A stretch of 64,000 bases of DNA from an uncultured Steroidobacter sp. (GCA_938008435.1 CALLKK010000016.1:11887-75886); one strand, 5' to 3'. Shown: positions 1-11,114, counted from the stretch's first letter. Notes: a model not told the origin generated them from the letters alone. Numbers and translations: made by a program.

Positions 1-291
1 CGCGCGCACTTCGTCGATCCGCGCGACGAGCTCATCGAGCAGCTGCGTGTCGAGCTCGAGCGCACGTTGCACGCCGGCGGCAGGCTTGAGGTAGACGTTG
101 GCGTCGACCTTGCCTCGGCGCAGCGATCCGCCGATCAATTGCCGCAGCTCGTGCTCGAGCGTGCGCAGCTCTTCGGGCAGACGCAGGGCGATTTCAAGAT
201 AGCGGTGATTGACCGTGCGAAGCTCGCACGACAAGGTCCCCCAGGGACCCTGGCGTTCGCGGCGAGCAAAACCCGTCATGCTGCGAATCAT
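1..291 (-). CDS. yicC: YicC/YloC family endoribonuclease, 5' part (truncated at window start)
   Basis: Manual translation of the minus strand from ATG at 291 gives MIRSMTGFARRERQGPWGTLSCELRTVNHRYLEIALRLPEE, the typical YicC N-terminus (SMTG...ELRxVNHRYL). It is not in the ORF track because it runs off the edge. Confidence 0.88.
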   Translation of the reverse strand, partial: MIRSMTGFARRERQGPWGTLSCELRTVNHRYLEIALRLPEELRTLEHELRQLIGGSLRRGKVDANVYLKPAAGVQRALELDTQLLDELVARIDEVRA

Positions 292-620
292 GTGACTTGA
301 GCGTTCTCTCGGCAGCTTATGTGCAAGAAACTCGTCGAGCGCAAAACTGCGGCCTGCGTCGCAACCGTACGATTCGGGCCGCCCGCGGCGCCAGGACAAT
401 GAAGACTTAAGGCAAAAGCCGTCTTAACTGCGACCGCGCGCCAGTGTTATAAAGCGCCGCTACGATAATCTGATCTGCTGCCAGTTTGCCGTTGATCCTG
501 GGGATTTGTACCGTCAGATGTCGATTAGGGAAGCGATGAAGGTCCCGATGCCGGCAGGGTGCCTCAACGCCTTCCTCTTAGAGTGTAACAGTTGATCGCC
601 CTTGCGGCCGGAGCCCGCGC

Positions 621-1367
621 TTGCGGATCGAGTACGCTGACCTGAGTCTGATCGGGGACCGGGAAGACAACCAAGACCGAGTCGCCGTCGCCACGAACGA
701 CGAGGCAGCTCTGCTCATCGTGATCGACGGCATGGGTGGCCATTCCGACGGCAGCCGTGCAGCCGACACGGCGCTGAAGAGCCTGTTGGACTCGTTCCAC
801 CGGACCGCTTCGCCCATCTTCGATCCGCTCGGTTTTCTCCACCTGTCCCTCAGCCGCGCCCATGACGAGGTGGCAAGCCTCGGCAACGCGCAACGGCTCG
901 ATACGCGGCCGCGCGCCACGATTGCGGTCTGTCTCGTGCAGGAAGGTGCCGCCTATTGGGCCCACATCGGCGACAGCCGCGTCTATCACTTGCGGCGCGG
1001 CCAGGTGCTCGAGCGCACGCGCGATCACAGCCACGTGGAGCTGCTGCTACGCGAAGGCAAGATCACGGAAGAAGAGATCGCCAACCATCCGATGCGCAAT
1101 TTCGTGGAGTGCTGCTTGGGCGGCGACCCGGCCATTCCCGAGATGACCATCAGCACCCGGCGTGTGCTTCAACCGGGCGATGTCCTGCTTTTGTGCACGG
1201 ACGGGATCTGGGCGAATCTACGTGACTCGGACATCGCGGCGTTCTTCCGCGACGACTCGCAGCAATTGCGTGCCTGGCTGGAAGCGCTCGGTCGACGAGC
1301 GGTTCAGGCCTCTGCCCCATTCAGCGACAATAGCTCTGCCGCGGTGCTGCGCTGGCTCGGCGACTGA
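621..1367 (+). CDS. PP2C/PPM family Ser/Thr protein phosphatase
   Basis: PPM motifs: REDNQD, VIDGMGGH, AHIGDSRVY, LLLCTDGIW, DNSS. TTG start with GGAG upstream. Directly upstream of rph. Confidence 0.9.
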   Translation: MRIEYADLSLIGDREDNQDRVAVATNDEAALLIVIDGMGGHSDGSRAADTALKSLLDSFHRTASPIFDPLGFLHLSLSRAHDEVASLGNAQRLDTRPRATIAVCLVQEGAAYWAHIGDSRVYHLRRGQVLERTRDHSHVELLLREGKITEEEIANHPMRNFVECCLGGDPAIPEMTISTRRVLQPGDVLLLCTDGIWANLRDSDIAAFFRDDSQQLRAWLEALGRRAVQASAPFSDNSSAAVLRWLGD

Positions 1368-1444
1368 GTCGCACCACGCTGCCCGCGCGTTGAGTCCTTG
1401 TCGCGCCCCCTCGACATCGGGGCGCTTTCCGAAGCGAGACGACC

Positions 1445-2170
1445 ATGAAGCAACGACCGAGCGGCCGCGCACCTGACGAGTTGCGCCCGATCAAGATCAC
1501 TCGCCATTTCACCCGCCATGCCGAAGGTTCGGTTCTGATCGAGTTCGGCGACACGCGCGTGCTGTGCACGGCCAGCGTCGAAGAGACGATCCCGCAGTTC
1601 CTGCGCAACACGGGACGTGGCTGGGTGACGGCCGAGTACGGCATGCTGCCGCGCGCGACCCATACGCGCACCAAGCGCGAAGCGGCGAGCGGCAAGCAGG
1701 GCGGACGCACGCTCGAAATCCAGCGCCTCATCGGTCGCGCGTTGCGCGCGGTCGTCGATTTGAGTGCGCTCGGCGAGCGCACCATCACGCTCGATTGTGA
1801 CGTGTTGCAGGCCGACGGCGGCACGCGCACCGCGGCCATCACGGGCAGTTACGTCGCGCTGTGCGATGCGGTGAACACGCTTATCCGTCGCGGTGTGCTG
1901 CGCGAGAATCCGATTCACGGTCAGGTAGCCGCCGTTTCGGTCGGCATTTGGGCGGGGATACCCGTGCTCGATCTCGACTATGCCGAGGACTCGGAAGCCG
2001 AGACCGACATGAATGTCGTGATGAACAACGGCGGCGCTTTCATCGAGCTGCAAGGCACGGCCGAAGGGCATGCGTTCCGTCGCGAAGAGCTCGATGAGCT
2101 GCTCAACTTGGCCGCGAACGGCATTCGCCTGCTGCAGGCCAAGCAGCTCGAAGCGCTCGCGCAGGATTGA
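1445..2170 (+). CDS. rph: Ribonuclease PH
   Basis: [61 protein letters not shown]. Confidence 0.97.
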   Translation: MKQRPSGRAPDELRPIKITRHFTRHAEGSVLIEFGDTRVLCTASVEETIPQFLRNTGRGWVTAEYGMLPRATHTRTKREAASGKQGGRTLEIQRLIGRALRAVVDLSALGERTITLDCDVLQADGGTRTAAITGSYVALCDAVNTLIRRGVLRENPIHGQVAAVSVGIWAGIPVLDLDYAEDSEAETDMNVVMNNGGAFIELQGTAEGHAFRREELDELLNLAANGIRLLQAKQLEALAQD

Positions 2171-2176
2171 GCGCCG

Positions 2177-2797
2177 ATGCGCATCGTGCTCGCCACCAAC
2201 AACGCCGGAAAGTTGCGGGAGCTGCGCGAGCTGCTCGCACCCTTTGCGGTGGAGCTCTTGCCGCAATCGCGGTTCACGCGCGAGTCGGCCGAAGAGAACG
2301 GATTGTCGTTCGTCGAGAACGCGATTTTGAAAGCGCGCCATGCAGCGCGCGTCTCGGGGCTGCCGTCGATTGCCGACGATTCGGGCATCGAAGTCGATGC
2401 GCTCAAGGGCGCGCCCGGCATTTTCTCGGCGCGTTATGCCGGCGAAGGCGCGAGCGATGAAGCCAACAACCGCAAGCTCCTCGAAGCTTTGCGCGGCGTA
2501 CCGCTCGCAGCGCGGCAGGCGCGTTATCGCTGCGCGCTCGTGTTCATGCGCTGGGACACCGATCCGTTTCCGCTCGTGTGTCAGGCAAGTTGGGAGGGGC
2601 GCATCATCGACGTGCCGCGCGGCAACGGCGGTTTCGGCTACGACCCGATCTTCGAGCTGCCGGAGCGCGGCCTGACGGCAGCGGAGATTTCCGCCGAAGA
2701 GAAGAATTCGATCAGCCATCGTGGCAAAGCGTTGCGCGAGCTGGTCGAGCAGCTGCAACGCGCTGGAATCGTTCGATCGAGCGACGTCGCACGATGA
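2177..2797 (+). CDS. rdgB: dITP/XTP pyrophosphatase (HAM1 family)
   Basis: LATNNAGKLRE, ENAILKA, ADDSG, GFGYDPIF, SHRGKAL. Confidence 0.96.
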   Translation: MRIVLATNNAGKLRELRELLAPFAVELLPQSRFTRESAEENGLSFVENAILKARHAARVSGLPSIADDSGIEVDALKGAPGIFSARYAGEGASDEANNRKLLEALRGVPLAARQARYRCALVFMRWDTDPFPLVCQASWEGRIIDVPRGNGGFGYDPIFELPERGLTAAEISAEEKNSISHRGKALRELVEQLQRAGIVRSSDVAR

Positions 2798-3990
2798 GCG
2801 TGCCAACACGCGAGCAGGAGCGCAGCACGGCGCCGCTTGCGGCGCCGCGGCTGGTCGCGCCGCCACTCGCGTTGTACGTGCACATGCCCTGGTGCGTGCG
2901 CAAATGTCCTTACTGCGATTTCAATTCGCACGCCGCCCCTGCCCGCTTACCGCAGCGAGAATACGTCGATGCCCTCATCGACGATCTGATGCGCGATCTG
3001 CCGCTTGCCGAGGAGCGCCCGCTGATTTCGATCTTCTTCGGCGGCGGCACGCCGAGTCTGTTTGCGCCCGCTGAGATCGCGCGCTTCCTCGAGCGCGTGC
3101 GGGCGTCGATCCCTGTCGATGCGCTCGCCGAGATCACGCTCGAAGCGAACCCCGGCACCATCGAGCGCGGCATGTTCGCCGACTATCGTGCCGCCGGCAT
3201 CAATCGCGTGTCGCTCGGCGCGCAGAGCTTCAATGCGCGGCATCTGCATGCATTGGGCCGGATTCACGAGCCGCATGACATCGCACGCGCCGTCGACGAG
3301 CTCGTGCGTTGCGGGCTCGATAATTTCAATCTCGACCTGATGTATGCGCTGCCGGGGCAGTCCGTGGATGAGGCGCTGGCCGACATCGAGGCCGCGCTCG
3401 CGCTCGCGCCGAGCCACGTCTCGCACTATCAGCTCACGCTCGAGCCGGGCACCGTGTTCTATCACCGCCCGCCGCCGCTGCCTGATGCGGACACGGCGTG
3501 GGAAATGCAGCTGCGCTGTCAGGAGCGCCTCGCGCAGGCTGGCTACGAGCAATACGAAGTATCTGCGTACGCCCGCGGCGGGCGACGCAGCGTGCACAAC
3601 CTCAATTATTGGCGATTCGGCGACTACCTCGGCCTCGGCGCGGGCGCGCACGGCAAGCTGACGCGCGTGGCCGAGCGCACCGTGCTCCGGACCTCGCGCA
3701 CGAAACAGCCGCGGACTTATCTCGAAAGCGCGCCGGATCGCCGCGACGAGCGGCATGTCGTGCCGCCTGGCGAGGTGCCGTTCGAGTTCATGCTGAACGT
3801 CCTGCGCCTGCGGGAGGGGTTCGACGCAGCACAGTTCGAATCCCGCACCGGGCAACCGTTCGCGACCGTGCTCCCGGCGCTCGAACAGGCGCGCGGGCGA
3901 GGGCTGCTCGAGCGGGACGCTGCGGGGGCGTGGCGGCCGACCGAGCTCGGCTATCGCTTTCTGAACGACCTGCAGGCGCTCTTTCTCTAG
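2794..3990 (+). CDS. hemW: Radical SAM heme chaperone HemW (HemN-like)
   Basis: LYVHMPWCVRKCPYCDFNS (CxxxCxxC), IFFGGGTPS, EANP, YEVSAY, HNLNYW. ATG at 2794 overlaps the rdgB stop (ATGA). Conserved rph-rdgB-hemW order. Confidence 0.93.
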   Translation: MSVPTREQERSTAPLAAPRLVAPPLALYVHMPWCVRKCPYCDFNSHAAPARLPQREYVDALIDDLMRDLPLAEERPLISIFFGGGTPSLFAPAEIARFLERVRASIPVDALAEITLEANPGTIERGMFADYRAAGINRVSLGAQSFNARHLHALGRIHEPHDIARAVDELVRCGLDNFNLDLMYALPGQSVDEALADIEAALALAPSHVSHYQLTLEPGTVFYHRPPPLPDADTAWEMQLRCQERLAQAGYEQYEVSAYARGGRRSVHNLNYWRFGDYLGLGAGAHGKLTRVAERTVLRTSRTKQPRTYLESAPDRRDERHVVPPGEVPFEFMLNVLRLREGFDAAQFESRTGQPFATVLPALEQARGRGLLERDAAGAWRPTELGYRFLNDLQALFL

Positions 3991-4082
3991 CCACTGACCG
4001 GCGTCGCGGCGCGGGCTTTTTGTGAACGAGCGCACAAAACCTTGTGGGCACGAAGGCTTGCGTGTGTTCCGCTCCGCGCGGG

Positions 4083-4294
4083 TTATGCACATCGCGGAAC
4101 TCTTTTCACGCCGACGCCTAGTTGATGACAAAATCACAAGAGGCGCTTCAGGAGGCCTCTGTAACTTATTGATTGAAAAGGTAGAAATGGCCTGGTGAAA
4201 ATTTGACCAATCTGACGATCTCGCGGCATTACAGCATTTCAGGGCCGATTTGCCGCAAGTCATCCACACAGTTATCCACAGCTTTTGTGGATAA
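4083..4294. promoter_or_regulatory. DnaA-box cluster with IHF site (oriC- or DARS/datA-like candidate)
   Basis: TTATGCACA 4083-4091; TCATCCACA 4260-4268; TTATCCACA 4272-4280; TGTGGATAA 4286-4294 (reverse). TAACTTATTGATT 4162-4174 reads AATCAATAAGTTA on the minus strand, a perfect WATCAANNNNTTR IHF consensus. Lies in a locally AT-rich, gene-free interval. Confidence 0.72.
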
Positions 4295-4349
4295 CCCCTA
4301 CATCCTCGTGATCCTCCAACGTGGCCCCGCGTAGGGCTTCGTCCATGCC

Positions 4350-4378
4350 TTGCGGGCGGCGCAATCGGCGGCTACACT
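4350..4378 (+). promoter_or_regulatory. sigma70 promoter of rpmE
   Basis: TTGCGG (4350-4355), 17 nt, TACACT (4373-4378), followed by a GC-rich discriminator (GCGCGCC) as in stringently controlled r-protein promoters. Confidence 0.6.
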
Positions 4379-4425
4379 GCGCGCCTTTTTCCGGAAGGGG
4401 CGCTCCGGCGCTCGGATGCATCATC

Positions 4426-4626
4426 ATGAAAGCCGGCATTCATCCCGAATACAAAGAGATCACGGTGACCTGCAGCTGCGGGAACACCTTCACGACCCGT
4501 TCGACCCTCGGTCACGACCTGCAGATCGAAGTCTGCTCGAACTGCCACCCGTTCTACACGGGCAAGCAGAAGATCGTGGACACCGGCGGACGCGTCGACA
4601 AGTTCCGCAAGAAGTACGCTCGCTAA
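4426..4626 (+). CDS. rpmE: 50S ribosomal protein L31, zinc-binding type A
   Basis: [22 protein letters not shown]...[26 protein letters not shown], with two CxC/CxxC pairs. Confidence 0.98.
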   Translation: MKAGIHPEYKEITVTCSCGNTFTTRSTLGHDLQIEVCSNCHPFYTGKQKIVDTGGRVDKFRKKYAR

Positions 4627-4654
4627 CTCGAGCGTCACGCGACGACTTGCAACG

Positions 4655-4682
4655 AAGGCGCCCACTGGGCGCCTTTGTTTTT
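4655..4682 (+). terminator. Rho-independent terminator after rpmE
   Basis: Stem AAGGCGCCC / loop ACT / GGGCGCCTT followed by TGTTTTT. Confidence 0.75.
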
Positions 4683-4857
4683 GCGCGCAGCATTCCTTGC
4701 GACACGCGCGCAAGGCGCGTTCCGCAGCAGTTCATCCTGCCTCTGGTCCAATCCTTCGCCATGCGCGGGCCGCGCGAAATTGCACGTGCACCCACGTGCA
4801 GGCACCATTCCGCGGTGTGCCAAGGGATCGGAGGCCTTCTGCGAACGGGTCGCTGCC

Positions 4858-6336
4858 ATGATTCCGAGACTACGACTCCGCCACGCTCTCGCCATCGCCG
4901 CCGCCTGCGTCGGGTTGTCGAGCTGCGCGATGAACCCGGTAACCGGTCGGCCCGACCTTGTCCTGCAATCCGAGACGGGTGAGATCAATCGCGCCAAAGA
5001 AGTGCATCCGCTGCTGCTCCGGGAGTACGGCGGTCCCTATCAGGACATGCGCCTGCAGCAGTACGTGAACGAGGTGGGTCAGCGCGTCGCGAAGCTGAGC
5101 CATCGCCCCGAGCTGCAATACACCTTCACGGTGCTCGACAGTCAGGACATCAACGCCTTCACGACGGGCGGCGGTTATGTCTACATCACGCGCGGCATCC
5201 TGGCGTTTCTGAACTCCGAGGCGGAGCTCATGGCAGTGCTCGGCCACGAGATCGGCCATGTGACCGCGCGCCATCCGGTTCGCCAGCAGAGCCAATCGAC
5301 GCTCGCCAATATCGGCGCTGCCGCGGTGGGCGTGTTCACGGGCAGCGGCGATCTCGCGGGGCTCGCGAGCTACGCAGGAGCGGCGCTCATCCGCGGCTAC
5401 GGCCGCGAACAGGAGCTCGAAGCCGATCGGCTCGGCGCCGAATACCTCGCGCGCGTCGGTTTGAGCCCCGATCACATGATCGACGTGGTGCGGCTGCTCA
5501 AGAATCAGGAGCTTTTCGAGATCCAGCGCGCACGTGTCGAAAAGCGCGAGCCACGGGTCTATCACGGCGTCTTCTCGACACACCCGGACAACGATCAGCG
5601 TCTGCGCGAAGTCGTCAGAGCCGCCGAAAAGCTGCGCGCCGGCGATCGGCAAGAGGACCCGGGGCGCGAGCGCTTCCTGCAGGCGATCCAAGGGCTACCG
5701 TTCGGTACGAGCCGCGCGCAGGGCGTGCTGAGGGGCAACCGCTTCTATCACGCCGATCTCGGCATCACGCTCGCCTTCCCCACCGGCTGGACGATCGAAA
5801 ACCTCGCCGATCGACTCGTGGCGGTCTCGCCGCAGAAGGACAGCATTCTGCAGATGCAGACGATGGCACCGCCGCCGAATACCGCGCCGCGCGAGCTCTT
5901 GTCGCGGCTGCTCGTCGGCAGCGGCACGGCCAGTCAATCCCAGGCGATCGAGGTGAATGGCTTGCAGGGTCACACCGCGGTCGTGCGGGCCGCCAAGACG
6001 CCCTTCGGTGTGGCGCCGGCGCGCTACACGGTCATTTACCACAATAATCTTGCTTATATTTTTGCCGGAGCAAGCAAGGCTTCGAGCAGCGTTCCTGCAG
6101 CAGATCCGCTGTTTACGTCGACGATCAATACGTTCCGCCGGCTGCGGCAGAACGAGTTCGCGCTCGCCGAGCCGTATAAAATCCGGGTCATCCGCGCGAC
6201 CGAAAACACGCGGATCGCGGATCTCGCGAAGTCCTCGCCGATCAAGGAATATCCGGTCGAGACGCTCCGCTTGCTCAATGACCTCTATCCCGACAAGGAG
6301 CCGAAGCCAGGGCAGCTCATCAAGATCATCGAGTGA
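4858..6336 (+). CDS. M48 family zinc metalloprotease lipoprotein with C-terminal extension (LysM-like tail)
   Basis: Lipobox LSSC; NAFTTGGGYVYITRG; VLGHEIGH (HExxH); REQELEADRLG; STHP. Start placed at ATG 4858 (MIPRLRLR), downstream of the ORF-track start. Confidence 0.85.
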   Translation: MIPRLRLRHALAIAAACVGLSSCAMNPVTGRPDLVLQSETGEINRAKEVHPLLLREYGGPYQDMRLQQYVNEVGQRVAKLSHRPELQYTFTVLDSQDINAFTTGGGYVYITRGILAFLNSEAELMAVLGHEIGHVTARHPVRQQSQSTLANIGAAAVGVFTGSGDLAGLASYAGAALIRGYGREQELEADRLGAEYLARVGLSPDHMIDVVRLLKNQELFEIQRARVEKREPRVYHGVFSTHPDNDQRLREVVRAAEKLRAGDRQEDPGRERFLQAIQGLPFGTSRAQGVLRGNRFYHADLGITLAFPTGWTIENLADRLVAVSPQKDSILQMQTMAPPPNTAPRELLSRLLVGSGTASQSQAIEVNGLQGHTAVVRAAKTPFGVAPARYTVIYHNNLAYIFAGASKASSSVPAADPLFTSTINTFRRLRQNEFALAEPYKIRVIRATENTRIADLAKSSPIKEYPVETLRLLNDLYPDKEPKPGQLIKIIE

Positions 6337-6604
6337 CTCACCTTCGCGCGCTTGATTCGTTAGGCTCATCGTGTAAGTCTGCGCCTCCACCTCGCGGGGG
6401 CGCGTTGGAGGGCAGCTCCGCGGTTTCGGGCGCGGCTCGCTTGCGAGCCGACAGCCTGCTCGGCGGCAGCGCATCGCGCGCTTCGTCGTATCGCGGACCT
6501 CTCTCGCTGCCGGCGAGCCGCACCGAGCGATAGCTTCGAGATCGTGGCTGAGCCGCGGCGACGAGCCAGCGCTGCTTCGCATCACTTTTGGCTGGAACAC
6601 ACGC

Positions 6605-7903
<1,299 letters not shown>

Positions 7904-7933
7904 TGCCGCGCGCGCGTCCGAACGCCGAGCGCT

Positions 7934-8563
7934 TCAGTAGAGCCGCTCGTGCGTTTCGGAGGCGAGCAAGGACTCGAGCTCTGCGGCGTTCGCCCGCCGC
8001 ATCGGTCGGCCGTCGACGGGACTCGACGGCGACTGGCGAATTCCATCGAGCGGAAAGACGATCGCATCGATGGGCGTCTCCCCCGCAACGAACTGCACGA
8101 CCGGATAGGTCACTTGCCGATCCGGTTCGTAGCGCATCCGCCGCTCGCCGATGCGATGCGGGATCCCGAACTCCATGAGATGGAGCGCAACCGACTCCGC
8201 CCCATCGGCGAACAAGTGCAGGGTGACTTCCGAATGTGCCGAAGCGGTGCCACTCAACACCGGCCCGACGAGCCGAGGTTGAAAGCGCTCGAGCAGCCGC
8301 ATCGCCTGTAGCGCCGTCTCGCGCAGCGTGGTGAGCGTCGAGGAGTGCTTGTCGGCTTCGAAGAGCCGATGATGCGCAGCGAGCGCCTCTTCGATCTCCG
8401 TGTTCTTGGGCAATACGGCAATGTCGGTCGCGCCGAGCCGCTCGGCCGCCTTGCGCTTGGCGAGACCGAAATCGTCGATCCCCTGCTCCGACATGATGCG
8501 CGCCGCTTCCTGTGCAAGTGCGCGCCGCAGCTGTTCTGCGCGCGGGTTCATTCGCTTGCTCAT
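7934..8563 (-). CDS. Conserved hypothetical protein with degenerate nucleotidyltransferase-like motif
   Basis: MSKRMNPRAEQLRRALAQEAARIM...AKRKAAERLG; LVGPVLSGTASAHSEVTLHLF resembles the Pol-beta NTase G-x-S-D-h-D-h motif. Start placed at ATG 8563. Confidence 0.7.
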   Translation of the reverse strand: MSKRMNPRAEQLRRALAQEAARIMSEQGIDDFGLAKRKAAERLGATDIAVLPKNTEIEEALAAHHRLFEADKHSSTLTTLRETALQAMRLLERFQPRLVGPVLSGTASAHSEVTLHLFADGAESVALHLMEFGIPHRIGERRMRYEPDRQVTYPVVQFVAGETPIDAIVFPLDGIRQSPSSPVDGRPMRRANAAELESLLASETHERLY

Positions 8564-8633
8564 ACGGGCACTCCCCTGTCGAAGCTCGCTGCAGAGTAAC
8601 GCGGTTGCCGACCGGCCGTACACGCAGGCGCGC

Positions 8634-11114
8634 TCAGAAGAGCGACTCGTCGCTCTGCGATTGTCCCGCGTCCATATCGAACGGCGCGGCGAGCGAACCG
8701 TCGGAGGGCGCTTCCGGCGGCAGATGGCCGGCCATGAAGGTCTCGAAGATCGCGTTGGGATCGCCGGGACGGGCGGCCAAACCCGTCTCCGCCGAGATCC
8801 GCATCGAGACCAGTCCCGGCGGCTGCGGTACGCGGCTTTCCGGCACATTGGCCAGCGCCGCGCGCATGAAATAGATCCACATCGGCAAGGCGGTGCGGCT
8901 GCCTTCTTCGCCGGGACCGAGCGAACGCTCTTGATCGAAACCGACCCACGCCGCGCCGACGAGCTGCGAATTGAAGCCGCAGAACCACGCGTCTCGGCGA
9001 TCGTTGGTAGTGCCCGTCTTGCCGGCTAGATCGCCGCGGTTCAATTGCCGTGCACGCACGGCCGTACCGCGAGCGATCACGTCCTTCATCATGTCGCGCA
9101 TCAGATAGCTGTTCTGCGGCGAGATCGCCTGCGGCGCGAGCCGCTGCGGATCGAGATATGTCAGGCCGCCCCAACGCGCTTCGTCGGTTGGCTCGGTCAC
9201 GATCGGCGTCTCGAACGGCCCTTCGCTCGTATCGGATGAATTCGTTCCCGGTTCCAAGCACTCCGCGCACACGAACAGCGGCTCGGCTTCGAAGACCGTG
9301 GTGCCGTCGGGGCCGATCACGCGTTCGAGAAAGTACGGCTCGACCAGAAAGCCGCCGTTGGCGAACACCGCGTAGCCGCGCGCCATCTCGAGCGGCGAGA
9401 CCTGCGCGGTGCCGAGCGCCAAAGACAAGTTGCGCGGCAGCGATTCTTCCGCGAAGCCGAACTTCGAGATGAACTGCGTGACATACGCAGGCCCGAGCGC
9501 GTGCATGACGCGAATCGAGACCAGGTTGCGCGAGCGGACGAGCGCTTCACGCAGACGCATCGGACCGCGAAATTCGCGCGTGTTGTTCTGCGGCCGCCAG
9601 CTCGACTCGAGCGAGGCGTCTTCGATGACGAGCGGTGCGTCGTTGATGATGCTCGCGGGCGTATAACCGCGATCGAGCGCCGCCGAGTACAAGAAGGGCT
9701 TGAACGCCGAGCCCGGCTGGCGTCGTGCCTGCACCGCACGGTTGTAGTTGCTCGAGTAATAGTCAAAGCCGCCGATGAGCGCAGCGACCGCGCCATCCTG
9801 CGGATCGAGCGCCACGAACGCGCCCTGCGCTTCGGGAATCTGCACCATGCGCCACGCGCCGCTGCGTTCCTGTGCGATATAGATGACGTCGCCGACATTG
9901 AGTACATCGCCTGCGCGTTGCAGCGCCGGGCCGACGCTGCCATCGGGGCGCGGCTCGCGCGCCCAGCTGATGGCTTCCCAACGCAGCGCGATGCGCCCGT
10001 GCGTGCGCGAATAAGCGAGCGCGTCTTTGTCGTTGACCTTCACCACAAGTGCCGGTTCGAGGCCGGCGCGCGAGGTGAATTCTTGGAGCGCTTCGCTCCA
10101 TTGCTTTTCGCCTGCATTGTCGCTGAGCGGTACGCGCGCGACGGGTCCGCGATAGCCGTGGCGTTGATCGTAGTCGAGCAAGGCGGCGCGCAGGGCCATG
10201 ACGGCGGCCTGCTGCAAGCGGCTGTCGATCGTCGTAATTGCTTCGTAGCCTGCGGTATAGGCATCGGTGCCGTACTTCTCGAGCAAGGCCGCGCGCACCA
10301 TTTCGGCGACGTACGGCGCATCGACTTCGACAGCCGGGCCGTGCAGCTTCGACTCGACTGGTGCGGTGAGCGCCGTCTCGTACTCTTCCTGCGTGATATA
10401 GCGTTGCTCGCGCATGCGCCGGAGCACATAAGCGCGCCGCTGTCTTGCAAGATCGGGATTGGCCACTGGGTTGTCGCGCGAGGGCAGGCGGAACGTGCCT
10501 GCAATCAACGCGGCTTCGGGCAGAGTCAGCTGATCGACCGTCTTGCCGAAATACACCTCGGCGGCTGCGCCGACCCCGTAAGCGCGTTGCCCGAGAAACA
10601 TCTTGTTCATGTAGAGAGCAAGGATCTCTTGCTTGGTCAACTCGCGCTCGATGCGCAGCGCCAGGAAGATCTCCTGCAGCTTGCGGCGATAGGTCTTATC
10701 GGGGCTCAAGAAGATGCCGCGTGCGAGTTGCATCGTGATCGTGCCGCCGCCTTCGCTGCGTTCGCCTGACATGAGGTGACGAACCGTCGCGCGCAGCAGG
10801 CCCGCATAGTCGATGCCGCTGTGCTCGAAGAAGCGGTCGTCTTCGGCAGCGAGCACGGCATTGACGAGCTGGCTCGGCAGGGCGTCGAAAGGCAGCGGAA
10901 TGCGCCGTTGCTCGCCGAATTGCGCGATCAGCTTGCCGTCACGGCTATAGACACGCAGCGGCACCTGCAGCCGGATGTCGCGGATCGTCGAGACGTCCGG
11001 CAGGGCCGGGCGCAAGTATTGGTAGGCACCGAGCAGGGCAAGGGTCAGGGTGCCCGCGACGAGGATGAGGGCCGCGAGCATGAGCCGCGCTGCAGATGGC
11101 AGATGAGAACGCAT
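8634..11114 (-). CDS. mrcA: Penicillin-binding protein 1A
   Basis: N-terminal TM; transglycosylase EDDRFFEH, GGGTITMQL, RKLQE; transpeptidase SAFK, SRN, KTGT. Divergent from pilM. Confidence 0.95.
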   Translation of the reverse strand: MRSHLPSAARLMLAALILVAGTLTLALLGAYQYLRPALPDVSTIRDIRLQVPLRVYSRDGKLIAQFGEQRRIPLPFDALPSQLVNAVLAAEDDRFFEHSGIDYAGLLRATVRHLMSGERSEGGGTITMQLARGIFLSPDKTYRRKLQEIFLALRIERELTKQEILALYMNKMFLGQRAYGVGAAAEVYFGKTVDQLTLPEAALIAGTFRLPSRDNPVANPDLARQRRAYVLRRMREQRYITQEEYETALTAPVESKLHGPAVEVDAPYVAEMVRAALLEKYGTDAYTAGYEAITTIDSRLQQAAVMALRAALLDYDQRHGYRGPVARVPLSDNAGEKQWSEALQEFTSRAGLEPALVVKVNDKDALAYSRTHGRIALRWEAISWAREPRPDGSVGPALQRAGDVLNVGDVIYIAQERSGAWRMVQIPEAQGAFVALDPQDGAVAALIGGFDYYSSNYNRAVQARRQPGSAFKPFLYSAALDRGYTPASIINDAPLVIEDASLESSWRPQNNTREFRGPMRLREALVRSRNLVSIRVMHALGPAYVTQFISKFGFAEESLPRNLSLALGTAQVSPLEMARGYAVFANGGFLVEPYFLERVIGPDGTTVFEAEPLFVCAECLEPGTNSSDTSEGPFETPIVTEPTDEARWGGLTYLDPQRLAPQAISPQNSYLMRDMMKDVIARGTAVRARQLNRGDLAGKTGTTNDRRDAWFCGFNSQLVGAAWVGFDQERSLGPGEEGSRTALPMWIYFMRAALANVPESRVPQPPGLVSMRISAETGLAARPGDPNAIFETFMAGHLPPEAPSDGSLAAPFDMDAGQSQSDESLF

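Noticed and set aside
67-300. 77-aa plus-strand ORF in the track
   Set aside because: It is the antisense shadow of yicC, which reads cleanly on the minus strand from 291.
1304-2866. Long antisense ORFs (also 6338-7798, 9501-10769, 14667-17012, 20736-22574, 28606-31320, 49863-52112 and many others)
   Set aside because: Each mirrors a well-supported gene on the opposite strand and has no family motifs. Long stop-free shadow frames are expected at this GC content.
6337-6604. GC-rich hairpins upstream of gltA (e.g. CGGCTCGC-TT-GCGAGCCG at 6433-6450) as a riboswitch or sRNA
   Set aside because: I recognise no aptamer signature, and short hairpins are common at this GC content. An Rfam/Infernal scan would be needed.
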